Positions 52,986 through 64,000 of a DNA stretch of 64,000 bases are shown one piece after another. A program made the position numbers and the translations under genes. The DNA lies in the NCBI RefSeq assembly GCF_006345805.1, contig NC_043013.1, forward strand, positions 38,254,001 to 38,318,000, in the 5' to 3' direction. The stretch comes from Octopus sinensis. Its lineage: Eukaryota. Position 1 is the stretch's first letter; each line of letters begins with the position of its first letter. The notes under the pieces are model-generated. The model worked only from the letters and a program-made list of their open reading frames with translations, was not told where the DNA came from and made no database searches.

Positions 52986-53739
52986 TGTGGAGGTAGAGAA
53001 GTGTAAGTAATCAAAGAAGAAACAGTATGAGAGAAGAGAAAGCAGAAAAAGAAGACGGAATTAATAAATTAGGGATGATGAAGATGGTGGTTGTGGTGGT
53101 GCTGAAGATAGTGGTACTGATGATGACGATGATGATGATGATGATTATGAGAAGAAGAAAAGAATGAAAGAAAGAAAGAGTGAAGGAGAGAAAGATACTT
53201 ACTATGCGTCTCGTTGTGATGAAATGAATGCCAGAATCGTGTGGTAATTGGGCAATTTAAAACAGCTCCTAAGACCAAAGGCCTGTAATGAAAGGGAACA
53301 CTAATAGCAGACCCTATCAAAATATGTAGCGGGAGTAGGTGAGGGGGGGGCGTCAACGGTAGGCAGTGGTGGGGAGAGAAGTAGTGGTGGTGGTGGTGGT
53401 GGTGGTGGTGGTGGTGGTGGAGGTGGTGGCTTTGAGGGCAAGAAAGTCGGGTGACGGGTGATGGTTGTTGTGTTGATAATGTCAGACTCCAACAGAATAA
53501 CTTCTTTGATAATCTTTCCCTTTTAAGACGCGAAGAAAAACAAGAGGTTTCCAAAAGAGGTTAGCGTGGCAAAGGTAAAAAGAAAGACGAGGTGGTGTTG
53601 GGTGTGGGGTGCGGGGTGGGGTTCGGGTGCTGGGGAGGGGGAAATTGGGTTGGGGGGTAGCGCAATGGAGGAGTGCAGACAGTTGGAGAGTTGTTGGTGT
53701 CGGTAAGGGTACTACGCTGTGCTGTGCTGCGATATTCAC

Positions 53740-54346
53740 GATAGACACATACACGTACGTGGTGATAGAGGTGGTGGTGATGGTGGTAGTGGTGGTGGTG
53801 GTGGTGGTGGTGGTGGTGGTGGTGGTGGTGGTGGTGGTGGTGGTGGCGGTGGTGGTGGTGTGGTGGTGGTGGGTGGTGGTGGTGGTGGTGGTGGTGACGG
53901 TGGTAGTGGTGGTGACAGCGGCGTCGGTGGCGGCGGCGGCGGCGTTGGTCATCGACACCGTGATGACGGGGGTGGCGGGGTGGCTGTAGTGATGGTGGTG
54001 GCGGCGGTGTTGGTCATCGGAACCGTGATGGCGGTGGCAGCGGTAGTGGTGGTGGTGGTGGTGGTGGTGGTAGTGGTGGTGGTGGTAGTGGTGGTAGTGA
54101 TTGTGGCATAATGGGTACATGCTTTGTGCTGAGGGTGATGAGGGGGTGGATGGCAGTTCTGTTGTTCTTCGAAATCATTATTCAACTTTTGCTTGGTTAT
54201 GAATATGTCTGATAGTCGCCCTCCATAATCGCCGTCATCATCATAATCATTGTCATAAACCGCATCACCATTGCCGTCGTTGTCATCATCCTTACCACCT
54301 CACAATTACTGCTATGAATATCACCAACACAACCACAGCCATCAAT

Positions 54347-54394
<48 letters not shown>

Positions 54395-54720
54395 GTCGTC
54401 GTCGTCGTCGTCATCGTCGTCATCATCAATATCATCATTATCATCATTATCATCATCATCACATCCTTACATCATCATCATCATCAACATTGACGTCATC
54501 GTCATCATCTTTGTAGTCACCATCATTATTATCGTCCTCTCCTCTTCACCATCATTACATCATCACCATCATCATTATCATCATCATCATCATCATCATC
54601 ACCATCATCATCACCATCATCATCATCATTACTACCCCCCACCATCATCACCAGCTCTACCAGTAACATCCCCACCACCACCACCATAACTACCGGTATC
54701 ATCATCAGCCACCATCATCG
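53740..54720. repeat. (GGT)n-rich then (CAT)n/(CGT)n-rich triplet tracts
   Basis: Directly visible. Confidence 0.9.
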
Positions 54721-54799
54721 ACATCGTTACTATAATCAATGTCCTTCTTTCTCTCCCTATTTTTTGATTAAACATCGATCTGTCAATGTAAGCACATTA

Positions 54800-55090
54800 C
54801 TTATGTGTATCTGTATCTCGTTGCATGGGCACAAAAACCAGAAGAGGTCTCTTTACACACCTCATATATCTCCCTTGCTGGTGCTCTTCGTAGAGTAAGC
54901 TTCACTGGCCACACGCTATCGTGCTGAAAGACAGATCATATCTTATCGGACCCAGACAAAAAGCAGTGATAACCGGCTACATTGATGGTGTAGCAAGAGA
55001 TGCACAACATGAAAATGGTGAGCTACCAAGGCTGTTGGAGGATAGGGGTTCTCGGAGAGTCATTAAGAACCACATCTTAGCTGCAGCCAG
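54800..55090 (+). mobile_element. RTE/RTEX-like LINE C-terminal remnant
   Basis: YRAERQII and YIDGVARDAQHENGELPRLLEDRGSRRVI resemble RTEX C-termini. Confidence 0.45.
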
Positions 55091-55154
55091 TTCAAGGCGA
55101 AAGACATCTGGTGTTTTCATTTGTTAAAGTATTCATTTATAATTCTATATTTTT

Positions 55155-55492
55155 GTGAAGGTGCATGGCTCAGTTGTTAAAGTGTTGGGCCCACAATCAC
55201 GAGGTAGTGAGTTCGATTCCCGGATCGGGCTGTGTGTTGTGTTCTTGAGCAAGACACTTTATTTCACGTTGCTCCAGTTCACTCAGCTGTAGAAATAAGT
55301 CGCGATGTGGCTGGTACCAAGCTGTATCGGCCTTTGCCTTTCCCTTGGATAACATCGGTGGCGTGGAGAGGAGAGGCTAGTATGCATGGGTGACTGCTGG
55401 TCTTCCATAAAACAACCTTGCTCGGACTTGTACTTCGAAAGGGTATTTTCTAGGTGCAATCCCATGGTCATTGATGACCAAAGGAGATCTTT
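55155..55492 (+). mobile_element. SINE family C (CORE-like) with tail-2, full length
   Basis: A and B boxes, TTCTTGAGCAAGACACTTTATTTCACG block, and a tail ending CTAGGTGCAATCCCATGGTCA. Confidence 0.88.
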
Positions 55493-55529
55493 ACCGTTAT
55501 TTCTAAGATGAGGACATATCTCTGACAAA

Positions 55530-55838
55530 TGTTGTTGCTTGTTCCTTCTCGAGCCATGCCTGGCTCATAAGGGCCGGTTTCCCGGTTTCATTGGCGTGTA
55601 TGTGCCCCACCTGGATGGGACGCCGGTCCGTAGCAGGTGAGCTGCTAATGCAGGCAGAAAGAGTAAGAGAAATATGTGGAGAAAGAGTCAGCAGAAGTTC
55701 GCCATTACCTTCTGTCGGAGCCGAGTGGAGCTTAGGTGTTTCGCTTATAAACACAAACATCGCTCCGGTCTGAGATTCGAACCCGCGATCTTTCGATCGC
55801 GAATCCGATGCTCTAACCACGAAGCTATGTACCTCCAC
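55530..55838 (-). mobile_element. B-related SINE head with tail-3
   Basis: B-like head and body, then CCTGCTACGGACCGGCGTCCCATCCAGG and an AAC-rich end. Confidence 0.7.
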
Positions 55839-55969
55839 TCTCCGACTAATACATAATATAAATTCTTCATCTCAGAAATATAGAATTGTTTTATCCAAGC
55901 GACACGGAACCGACATAAGACAACAATGGAGCTCTATAAGCCTTTAAAATTCTCTCTAACACTGCTTAC

Positions 55970-56133
55970 AGGCATAGCGTGGTGGATAAAGGCAATGAAA
56001 TTCAGTGCAGTCACCTAGCGTGTTTTGAGTTCAATTCCCAGACAAAACACTAAGGTGAATCACGAGGCACAGGAAAAAGACTGGTGCTTACGTAACCGAA
56101 ACGTAGTGAAAGCAAAAAGGGAGATGAGGACAC
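55970..56133 (+). mobile_element. Old decayed copy of the tRNA-head plus hammerhead element
   Basis: TAGCGTGGTGG A-box and GAGTTCAATTCC B-box, then GGCAC..AAGACTGG..CCGAAACGTAGTG..AGATGAGGACA, aligning to 48775-48842. Confidence 0.55.
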
Positions 56134-56297
56134 CACTCCACTCTGGCCAGTAGTAAAGTAGTCATTTGTGTTTCCTACAGATTTAACATTCCAGTACTTT
56201 TTTACGGTGTGGTGGCTTGTGTGGATCAATTCTCCTGTGAGCTTTGCTAATGGAACATATTTTCTTGGCAGGGCCTCCAATGCTAGTTAGTTGAAAG

Positions 56298-56401
56298 CAG
56301 TGTTTCTCAACCGGGATCCCCCCGGTACCCTAGGGTTCCGCAAAAGGTTCTTAGATGTTCCGCGAGAAAGAGTGAGATAAGCTAATGCTAATTTCATGGT
56401 A

Positions 56402-56456
<55 letters not shown>

Positions 56457-56502
56457 TTACCACGTGAACTACGATGAAATAATAGGAGAAATATATATAT
56501 AT

Positions 56503-56550
<48 letters not shown>

Positions 56551-56824
56551 TTAGCTCCTACACTCATTTTTTTTCTCTCCTTGTTTTTTTTCTGTGTATC
56601 TTTCTGTCGAAGAGCGTAGGCTCGAAACGTAAAAGACTTTTTCTATTCCTGAGCGCTATACTAATACATTTGTTTGCTTGTACTCCACCTGCCTTCGTCT
56701 TTTGTTTATTTTCATAAACTTTCCCTTTATATATATATATATATATATATATTGTGCAGGGGTTCTTTGAGACATTCAATTTATTTTAAGGGTTACGCAA
56801 GGTTAAAAAGGTTAAGAAACACTG
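56298..56824. mobile_element. hAT (Charlie-like) MITE
   Basis: 15-bp TIRs CAGTGTTTCTCAACC and GGTTAAGAAACACTG (14/15 match). No intact 8-bp TSD. Carries nested repeats. Confidence 0.7.
56599..56636 (+). ncRNA. Minimal hammerhead motif (CUGUCGA variant) in a PLE-like insert (56548-56727) within (TA)n
   Basis: UCUUU-CUGUCGA-A-GAGC(GUAG)GCUC-GAAA-CG-UA|AAAGA. Confidence 0.6.
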
Positions 56825-57020
56825 CAAAATTATAGAAGACAGACCACCTCTCTCCAGAAGTAAAAATTGGTTCGCGTAGGACCAAAGGAAGTTACTGAAG
56901 CATCAATGACAATCCAAGACCAGGGAGATTAAAAGACAGTCCTTAGTCGAGAACAATGGAGAAAAGTTGTCGATGAGCGAAGGTCTCAAGTAAGAGTACA
57001 TATCTAATATTGCTGTTGTT

Positions 57021-57169
<149 letters not shown>

Positions 57170-57544
57170 TGTGTATGACGATGCTAAATATGAATATCGA
57201 TTCCATGATATCTATTGAAAAGTGATCAGTATTATTTATATGAATTAGGGGATAGCGCTCTAGAAAATGTTATTCTTTACTCGCGGGGAAATTAGTGGGG
57301 CATAAATTTTCTATGAATTCACAAAGGTCATAAATGTAGCCCCTTTCTTCAGACAAATCATAAAAACAATTTTTAAAAAAATCAAAGCTTATTCGCATTT
57401 TCAGCAATTGGTTGCGCATTCTACTCAGCTACAATCAAAATATAAATTAGTGCAATGCAGAGAAAGAGGGAGAGAGAGAGAGAGAGAGACAAACAAAGGA
57501 AATTACATATAGATATAGATATATAGATATGTGTGCACACATAC

Positions 57545-57631
<87 letters not shown>

Positions 57632-57839
57632 GGATGGATGGATAAAGAATTAGTGAATGAGTGTGTAGAGAGGTAAGAATGGTGGGAGGTATTGCTCATC
57701 TTCAAACTGAATCAGAAATCAGATGTGGACCGTTCCAATACGGAAGGATACGGCCGGCTTTATAATTAGCACCTTGTTAACAGTTATATATTAATGGAAC
57801 CCTCCAAGACAAAGAAGGGAAGGGGGGAATCAAGTAAGA

Positions 57840-58393
57840 ATACAAAGAGAAAATGAGAGAGTAAAAGCTATATATAACACTTGATAGAGAGAGAGTGTGT
57901 GATAGAGAGATAGAGAGACAGAGAGTGAGAATTATTTATAATAGTTGACAGAGAATGTGAAAGAGAGAAACAAAGAGAGTAAGAACAAAAGAGATAGCTA
58001 ACGAGTGAGGGCAGAGAGAGAGAGAGAGAGAGAGACTGAGAGAGGGTGAGAGAGACGGAGATTAAAGGAACATGAAACAAGAGAAAGACAAAGAAACATG
58101 AAGAAACAAAGAAAGAAAGAGAGGTAAAAAGTAAAGAGTATGGTAGATTACGAGAGAGAAAGAGGTGGGAGAGAGAGAGAGATGGAGGATTGTAAGTAAG
58201 TGATAGATAAGAAGTGTTAGAATTAAAAAGAGAGTGAGAGAGACATACAGAGGAGCTCAAAGGGGAGAGGGGGTTGCGAGTCAAACAAAGAAGAGAAAAA
58301 AGGGATAGGAAGAAAGATAGAACAGAGAGAAAGAGAAAGTGAGGGGTGAGATGGGATCCGAAGGAATAGAAAGTGAAGGAAATTGAGTATATC

Positions 58394-58443
<50 letters not shown>

Positions 58444-58850
58444 GCAAGCAGAGACAAGAAAAGAAGGAAAGAAGAGATGAAGGAAAAATAAGCGATAGAA
58501 TGAGGGTGAGAAGCAGAGAGAATCAGAAAGATATTGTGAAGATGAGGGAGACGAGAAAGAAGAAAGATATTAGGAGAAAGAGAGAGTATTGGGAGAGAGA
58601 GAGAGAAACTGATAATGATAGAGAAAATGAAGAAAGGAACCAGAGAATGAGAGAGACAGGCAAATAGACAAAGAGTCAGAATGAGAGAGAGAAAGAGAGA
58701 CTAAAGCAAGTGAGAATCAGAGAGAGAGAGGGGGTTAGTGATAAGAGAGAGTGAGCACAAGGGTGGGAGGCTAGAGAGAGATAGATAGAGACAGAGAGAG
58801 TTGGGGAGAGAGAAAGAGGGAGTTAGAGAGAGAGTTAGGGAGGGAGAGTC
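57840..58850. repeat. ~1-kb purine-rich (GA) low-complexity tract
   Basis: Directly visible strand-asymmetric A/G composition. Confidence 0.85.
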
Positions 58851-60509
58851 ATCGGGTTCAAATGAATGGACTCAGTGTCAGCGACGAAAACTGATGTTAA
58901 ATGAAACAAAAGAAATGAGGAAACAGCAAATTACAAAGCGTAAACTGGAAAGGTTTAGAGAAATACCGTCCGTCCATGGCCACCACCGAGCCTCTCATCC
59001 ACCTTCATTACCTCAACATACTACTACTACTACTACTACTACTACTATTACTACTACTACTACTACTGGAAGAAGAAGAAGACGAAGAACGGCAACACAA
59101 CACAACCCCCCTCTCCACCCCACCCCACCCCACCGTCACCTAAACAATCAGCCGCTATACATTATCATCACTCCCCGATACTCCGCTACACCCTCCTCCT
59201 CTCCCCACCACCACCACCACCAACCATTCTTCCTTCTAATTTCTCCTTTAATTATCGCCTACCCATTTACAACACGCATTGATGTTGTATATATGTGTGT
59301 GTGTGTGTGTGCGTATACATAAATATGGATGCATACATGTGTATATATATATATATATATATGTATAGAAACATGTACATGTATATACATACACACATCC
59401 GCACACACACACACGCACACATGCACACATACACACATATGCTTATATATTCGTATCGGGCGTTCTTTTGATTTTCATCCTTTCAATTATCTCCCTTGCT
59501 ATGTTCATTATTATTATTATCATCATTATTATTATTATTATTATCATCATTATTATTGACCCTCCTCCACCTTTCCCTCCCACCTCTCCTCATCTTCCTC
59601 CTCCTCCTCCTCCCTCACTCCTCTTCCTTCTTCAACGACATCATACAACAACCAATTCCTCCAAAGCCAAACCCGAACCCCCAAACCCTATCCGTCGCAC
59701 TACAACCCCCCCACCCCCACTTCCCTCAGGTTCATCACCCACCCGCTCGCTACCAGTTTCTTTTGTTTACGTCTAGTTAGGGATTAGACTTGACCTTCTC
59801 GCATGTACACTTCCTCTTTCTTCTGCAAAAGGATCAAATGTTAGGAATCCCATACACTTTGGTAAACACCCGCTGGTGATGGATATTATAAAAGAACCCT
59901 TTTTTTTCCCCTCCACTTCTGTTCAAAGAATTAAAGTGGGCGCAAAGAGGAACTCTTGCAAGCTGTGGTGTCTCTAAGTGCATACTTAAAAACGAATGGT
60001 ACCTATCTACGTATGCATTCATGCCTCCATGTATGTACCTTTATATATACATGTATGTATGTATGTATTTATCTGACCATGTGGAATGCATTGTTAGTAA
60101 TTGCAAACAAAAATTCCAGCATGTCATTGAATCTCTGTGTGTGTGGTGTGTGTGTGTGTGTGTGTGTGTGAGTGTGTGCATTTTTTTGTTGTTACGCTAT
60201 ACGTCTCTGCGTTCATATATATATATGTATATATAAGTATGTATTTGCATATGTACGTGTACTTCCTTGTTCATGCGTTTGTACGTATATATGCATATTT
60301 GAGTGTTCATATGTAGATTGAATTATGAATGTGCGTGCTTGCATGTAGCTTGCTATGAATGCATATATGTGTTCTTAGGTTATATGTATGTATTTTGTAT
60401 GTCTATATCTACCTATCAATTCGTCTATGTCTTGCGTTAATCTTTCATAAAGGCACTGTCGGAACATACGGCATATCTTTGATAAATTTTAAACTCTACA
60501 GAAACCCAA

Positions 60510-60600
60510 CCCTCTCCACGTTTGTCCTTCCCTCTCCTCGTTTGTCCATCCTTCTCCACGTTTGTCCATCCCTCTCCACGTTTGTCCATCCCTCTCTACG
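60510..60600. repeat. 20-bp minisatellite (CCTCTCCACGTTTGTCCATC) x ~4.5
   Basis: Direct tandem units. Confidence 0.9.
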
Positions 60601-60994
60601 ATTGCTTTCAGAAAGTTCACAATGAAACTTTATTCGACCCCGAAAAGAAGAAAAGCAAACTAGTCCTTGACGGATTTTGAACTCAAAGATCTGAGAACAT
60701 GAACGAATATCACAAGTACATTTATCCGATGTACTAGCGACTCTACTAAAATTGTAAGCATGTATGTATACTTGTTCTTCAATTTCCCTTTTTTAATTTA
60801 GAATAAATTTTGACCGGCAACCTACATGGTAGCAAGTTTGTGAAGGAAAGCATCTTGTTTTGTCCATCGTACTTTAAGTCTTGCAGATTTATATAGTCTC
60901 AGATATCCTAATCATTAGCAGCGTGTGAATTAAGGATTTCGAGAGAGAAAAAGTGATGGATAGATGGATGGATGGATGGATGGATTGATGGATG

Positions 60995-61117
60995 TCATTA
61001 TTCAGTTTATTTCAAAATTTCTGGCCAATAGAGAAAGAACCGGCTTCTAACCTAGATCCTAGGTTCCTTCATTGGAATTTCAACATCAACAACAGGGTAT
61101 TTTTGTTTGTATGTATG

Positions 61118-61149
<32 letters not shown>

Positions 61150-61399
61150 TGTATGTATGTATGTATGTATGTATGTATGTATGTATGTATGTATGTATAT
61201 ATGTAAGTATGTATGTGTGCAGATTTGTATGTTTTATGTATGTATTCTCATGCATATAGTTACATGTCTAGACATGCTCATATATATTTAAATGATAAAC
61301 TTCTGGAAAGTTTTACAGATTTTTACAGTTTCAGTGGTGGATAGGATCTATGGTCTTCGAATAAGCTTTCTCCTTTCTGGTTTTGAGAAGCCTTTAGTC

Positions 61400-61400
<1 letters not shown>
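60995..61400 (-). mobile_element. R4/Dong-like LINE extreme 3' end among (CATA)n/(CATC)n
   Basis: The minus strand reads ETVKICKTFQKFII*, like GTMKVCKTFLRF at ~29000, then a UTR ending AATAAACTGAATAATGA. Confidence 0.6.
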
Positions 61401-61432
<32 letters not shown>

Positions 61433-62415
61433 TGTATGTATGTATGTATGTATGTATGTATGTATGTATGTATGCATTCATGCATGTGTATGTGTCTGCT
61501 TTTCTTGTTGGGTTATGAGTTTGTATGTAGCCTGAATGAAGATAGAAACATAAGCATATCGATGAATGTTACTGCAGATATAATCACTCACAAGTTAATT
61601 TCTATGAGGCCTATTATTGAATACATATCCCGTAACTGTACATTCTCTTTTATAGACGAGTCCTTGCTGTCTAAACCGGTAACCCCGTTGAGTTCACCCC
61701 TGGGAGAGATTGAGAAGCCTTGTAGCACTAAATATAGCAACTGTCAAATCGGTGGATGTCTCCGGCTGTCTTCGCTCTTTAGCAAACAAAAAGTGATAAG
61801 GCAGGCTGGACAGGATATAACACCAATATATATCCCTGCAGCATATCGTCTGAGCGTATTTGTGTCATGGATAGAGGCGATCAGAAGACCTAGCACCATG
61901 TGGATTGAACTCGTAATTCGTGAATCGTGACCCTATCTCCACACGTATTAAGCTTGCTAACGATTGACCCATGATTTCAAACTATCTTCAAAGTCCTACA
62001 GCAAATTCACGAGGGGTGGCGGAGATAGGATTGATATGTCCGGAAATCATTAGTCTTCGGTTCCAGCTGGACACACTGGCGTCGAACACGTCAACAACAT
62101 TGATGATGAAACACTTAAAATGTCTTCGACAACGAAAATGTGAGAAGAGGAACGAAGAGACAGACAGACAGGGAGACAGGGAGACTGACTGTCAGACTAA
62201 CACACAGATGGAGTAAAAGATGCATTGCTATTCCAGTGCTAAGAGTAAATACTGTAGACCTTTTGACAATGATAAAAATTCTAAAAAAGTCTGAGAACCG
62301 AAATATCCTTGGATTTGTCTCGAGCACTTTTCAAAATGATATTATAATAGTATTTAATATTTTTAAATTACATTATGTAAATAATTTTCTAAATATATCT
62401 ATGCGCGTTATATAC

Positions 62416-62920
62416 GCACGCAAGAGTGGCTCTGTGGTAAGACCACACGGTCACGGGGTTCAATCCCACCGCGCGGCACCATGCGCAAGTGTCTTCTACT
62501 ATGGTCTCGGGCAGGTCAAAATCCTTGTGAGTGGATTTGGTAGACAGAAATTGAAAGAAGCCCGTCATATAAATATATATATATATATATAATGGAACAA
62601 AAACGCAATAGAGCACGATAAAATATCCGGACAGATAGACGATACAAAGGCAGACAGAAAAAACAACAATTTGAGGGACAGGAAAAAAAAGGCGGGTCAT
62701 TTGTGACCTTCTTTCGTCAGTCAAGTTACCAGATGTCCATACACTTTCGGGCAATATATATCCAAGTCTGTATTCGGTCCCCGGCTCCACGGCTTGTTGG
62801 TGTGTTTGTCTCCGCAACCTAGTGGTTCGTCTTAAAAGGTCGACAGAATAAGTACCAGGCTAAAAACAATGTACTGGGGTCGTTACATTCTACTGTAAAT
62901 CCTACAAGGCGGTGCCCCAG
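62416..62920 (+). mobile_element. SINE family A, decayed, with an insert (~62590-62790) in its internal (TA)n
   Basis: The A head and body stop at the TA run and resume near 62795. Confidence 0.75.
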
Positions 62921-63757
62921 CCAGTCGCTTCTTGAAGACAAACTAGCAGAAACCAAAATCTTCGAAGTTACAGTCAACATTATTCTTTAAAATGCTTATG
63001 CATGCGTGTGAGTATATATACATATATGTATGTGCGTGCGTGTCTCTGTGTGTGTGCGTGTCTCTGTGTGTGTGCGTAGGTGTGTGTGTATGCATGTCTG
63101 TGCGTGTATGTGTGTATGTATTTATTAAGATGTATATTAGTGTGTATCTAGATATCTATTTATTTATGCATGCATCTATGTATACTTGTGTATATGCAAG
63201 TATGTGTGAGTGTATGTGTGTGTTTCTACATGCATCTAATTTGGCGCATGCGCTTTTGCATATGTAAATGTGTGTACGTGTATAACATTTCATTTGATTC
63301 TCTGTGTTACTTTATGAAAATGTGCGATACGTTGTCGCATATGTCACGGACAAATTTATTCAAACAGTCATAGGGTAAAGTACATACTGACCGCCATATT
63401 TCCTGCACATTATATTGATTTTGAAAATGTGTGCATAAACACAAAGACAAACATGCAAACAATTATATATCAAAGTATGTATATAATGCATGTACACACA
63501 CTAATGCAAGCATATATATATATATATACATCATTAAACAAAAGCATGCACACACAAGTCTGATAATCTCTCAACTTGATGTACAATGAAACAAATATAA
63601 TCCTATTATAAATAAAAAAAATGTTATGCATGCTTCTGTGCATACGGATGTATATATAAACATACATGCATTCACACACAAATTAATATACATTTATATT
63701 TTCATAAAGCTTCCCGTTATATATATATATATATGCGTTTATGCACACACACATATA

Positions 63758-63849
<92 letters not shown>

Positions 63850-63850
63850 G

Positions 63851-63893
<43 letters not shown>

Positions 63894-64000
63894 CGCATAC
63901 ACATGTATATACGTGCACATATCTGAGTGCACGTGTGTGTAGGTAAGTATGCGCGTTTGCATACACCGAGGGTGCATAGAAAATCATATATTCACACATA

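Noticed and set aside
61292-61930. 212-aa ORF
   Set aside because: Composite of an antisense LINE end, (TATG)n and unrelated sequence; no recognisable domain.

Overview
This is AT-rich, non-coding eukaryotic DNA made almost entirely of microsatellites and mobile-element debris. Its SINE and simple-repeat content suggests a coleoid cephalopod, probably Octopus (inference). I see no convincing host protein-coding gene; nearly all ORF-track entries are translated microsatellites or SINEs. Four tRNA-headed SINE families occur in many copies (my labels A, B, C and D). They swap heads and tails, nest in each other and form trimers. Decayed retroelements include a Neptune-type Penelope-like element (RT plus GIY-YIG), three R4/Dong-like RLE LINE pieces, L1/Tx1 ORF1 and 3' pieces, RTE/RTEX and CR1-like pieces, and weak Gypsy-like traces. 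There is also a hAT-like MITE and a 100-N assembly gap. The most interesting signal is a dense set of hammerhead ribozyme (HHR) motifs from several unrelated families. One is an intact type I hammerhead at the apex of a ~336-bp fold-back element (7099-7434). Another is a tRNA-Arg-headed, Pol III-type SINE carrying a Penelope-type minimal hammerhead (48747-49017, with relatives at 3789-3996 and 55970-56133). All family assignments come from motif recognition by eye, and most boundaries are approximate.
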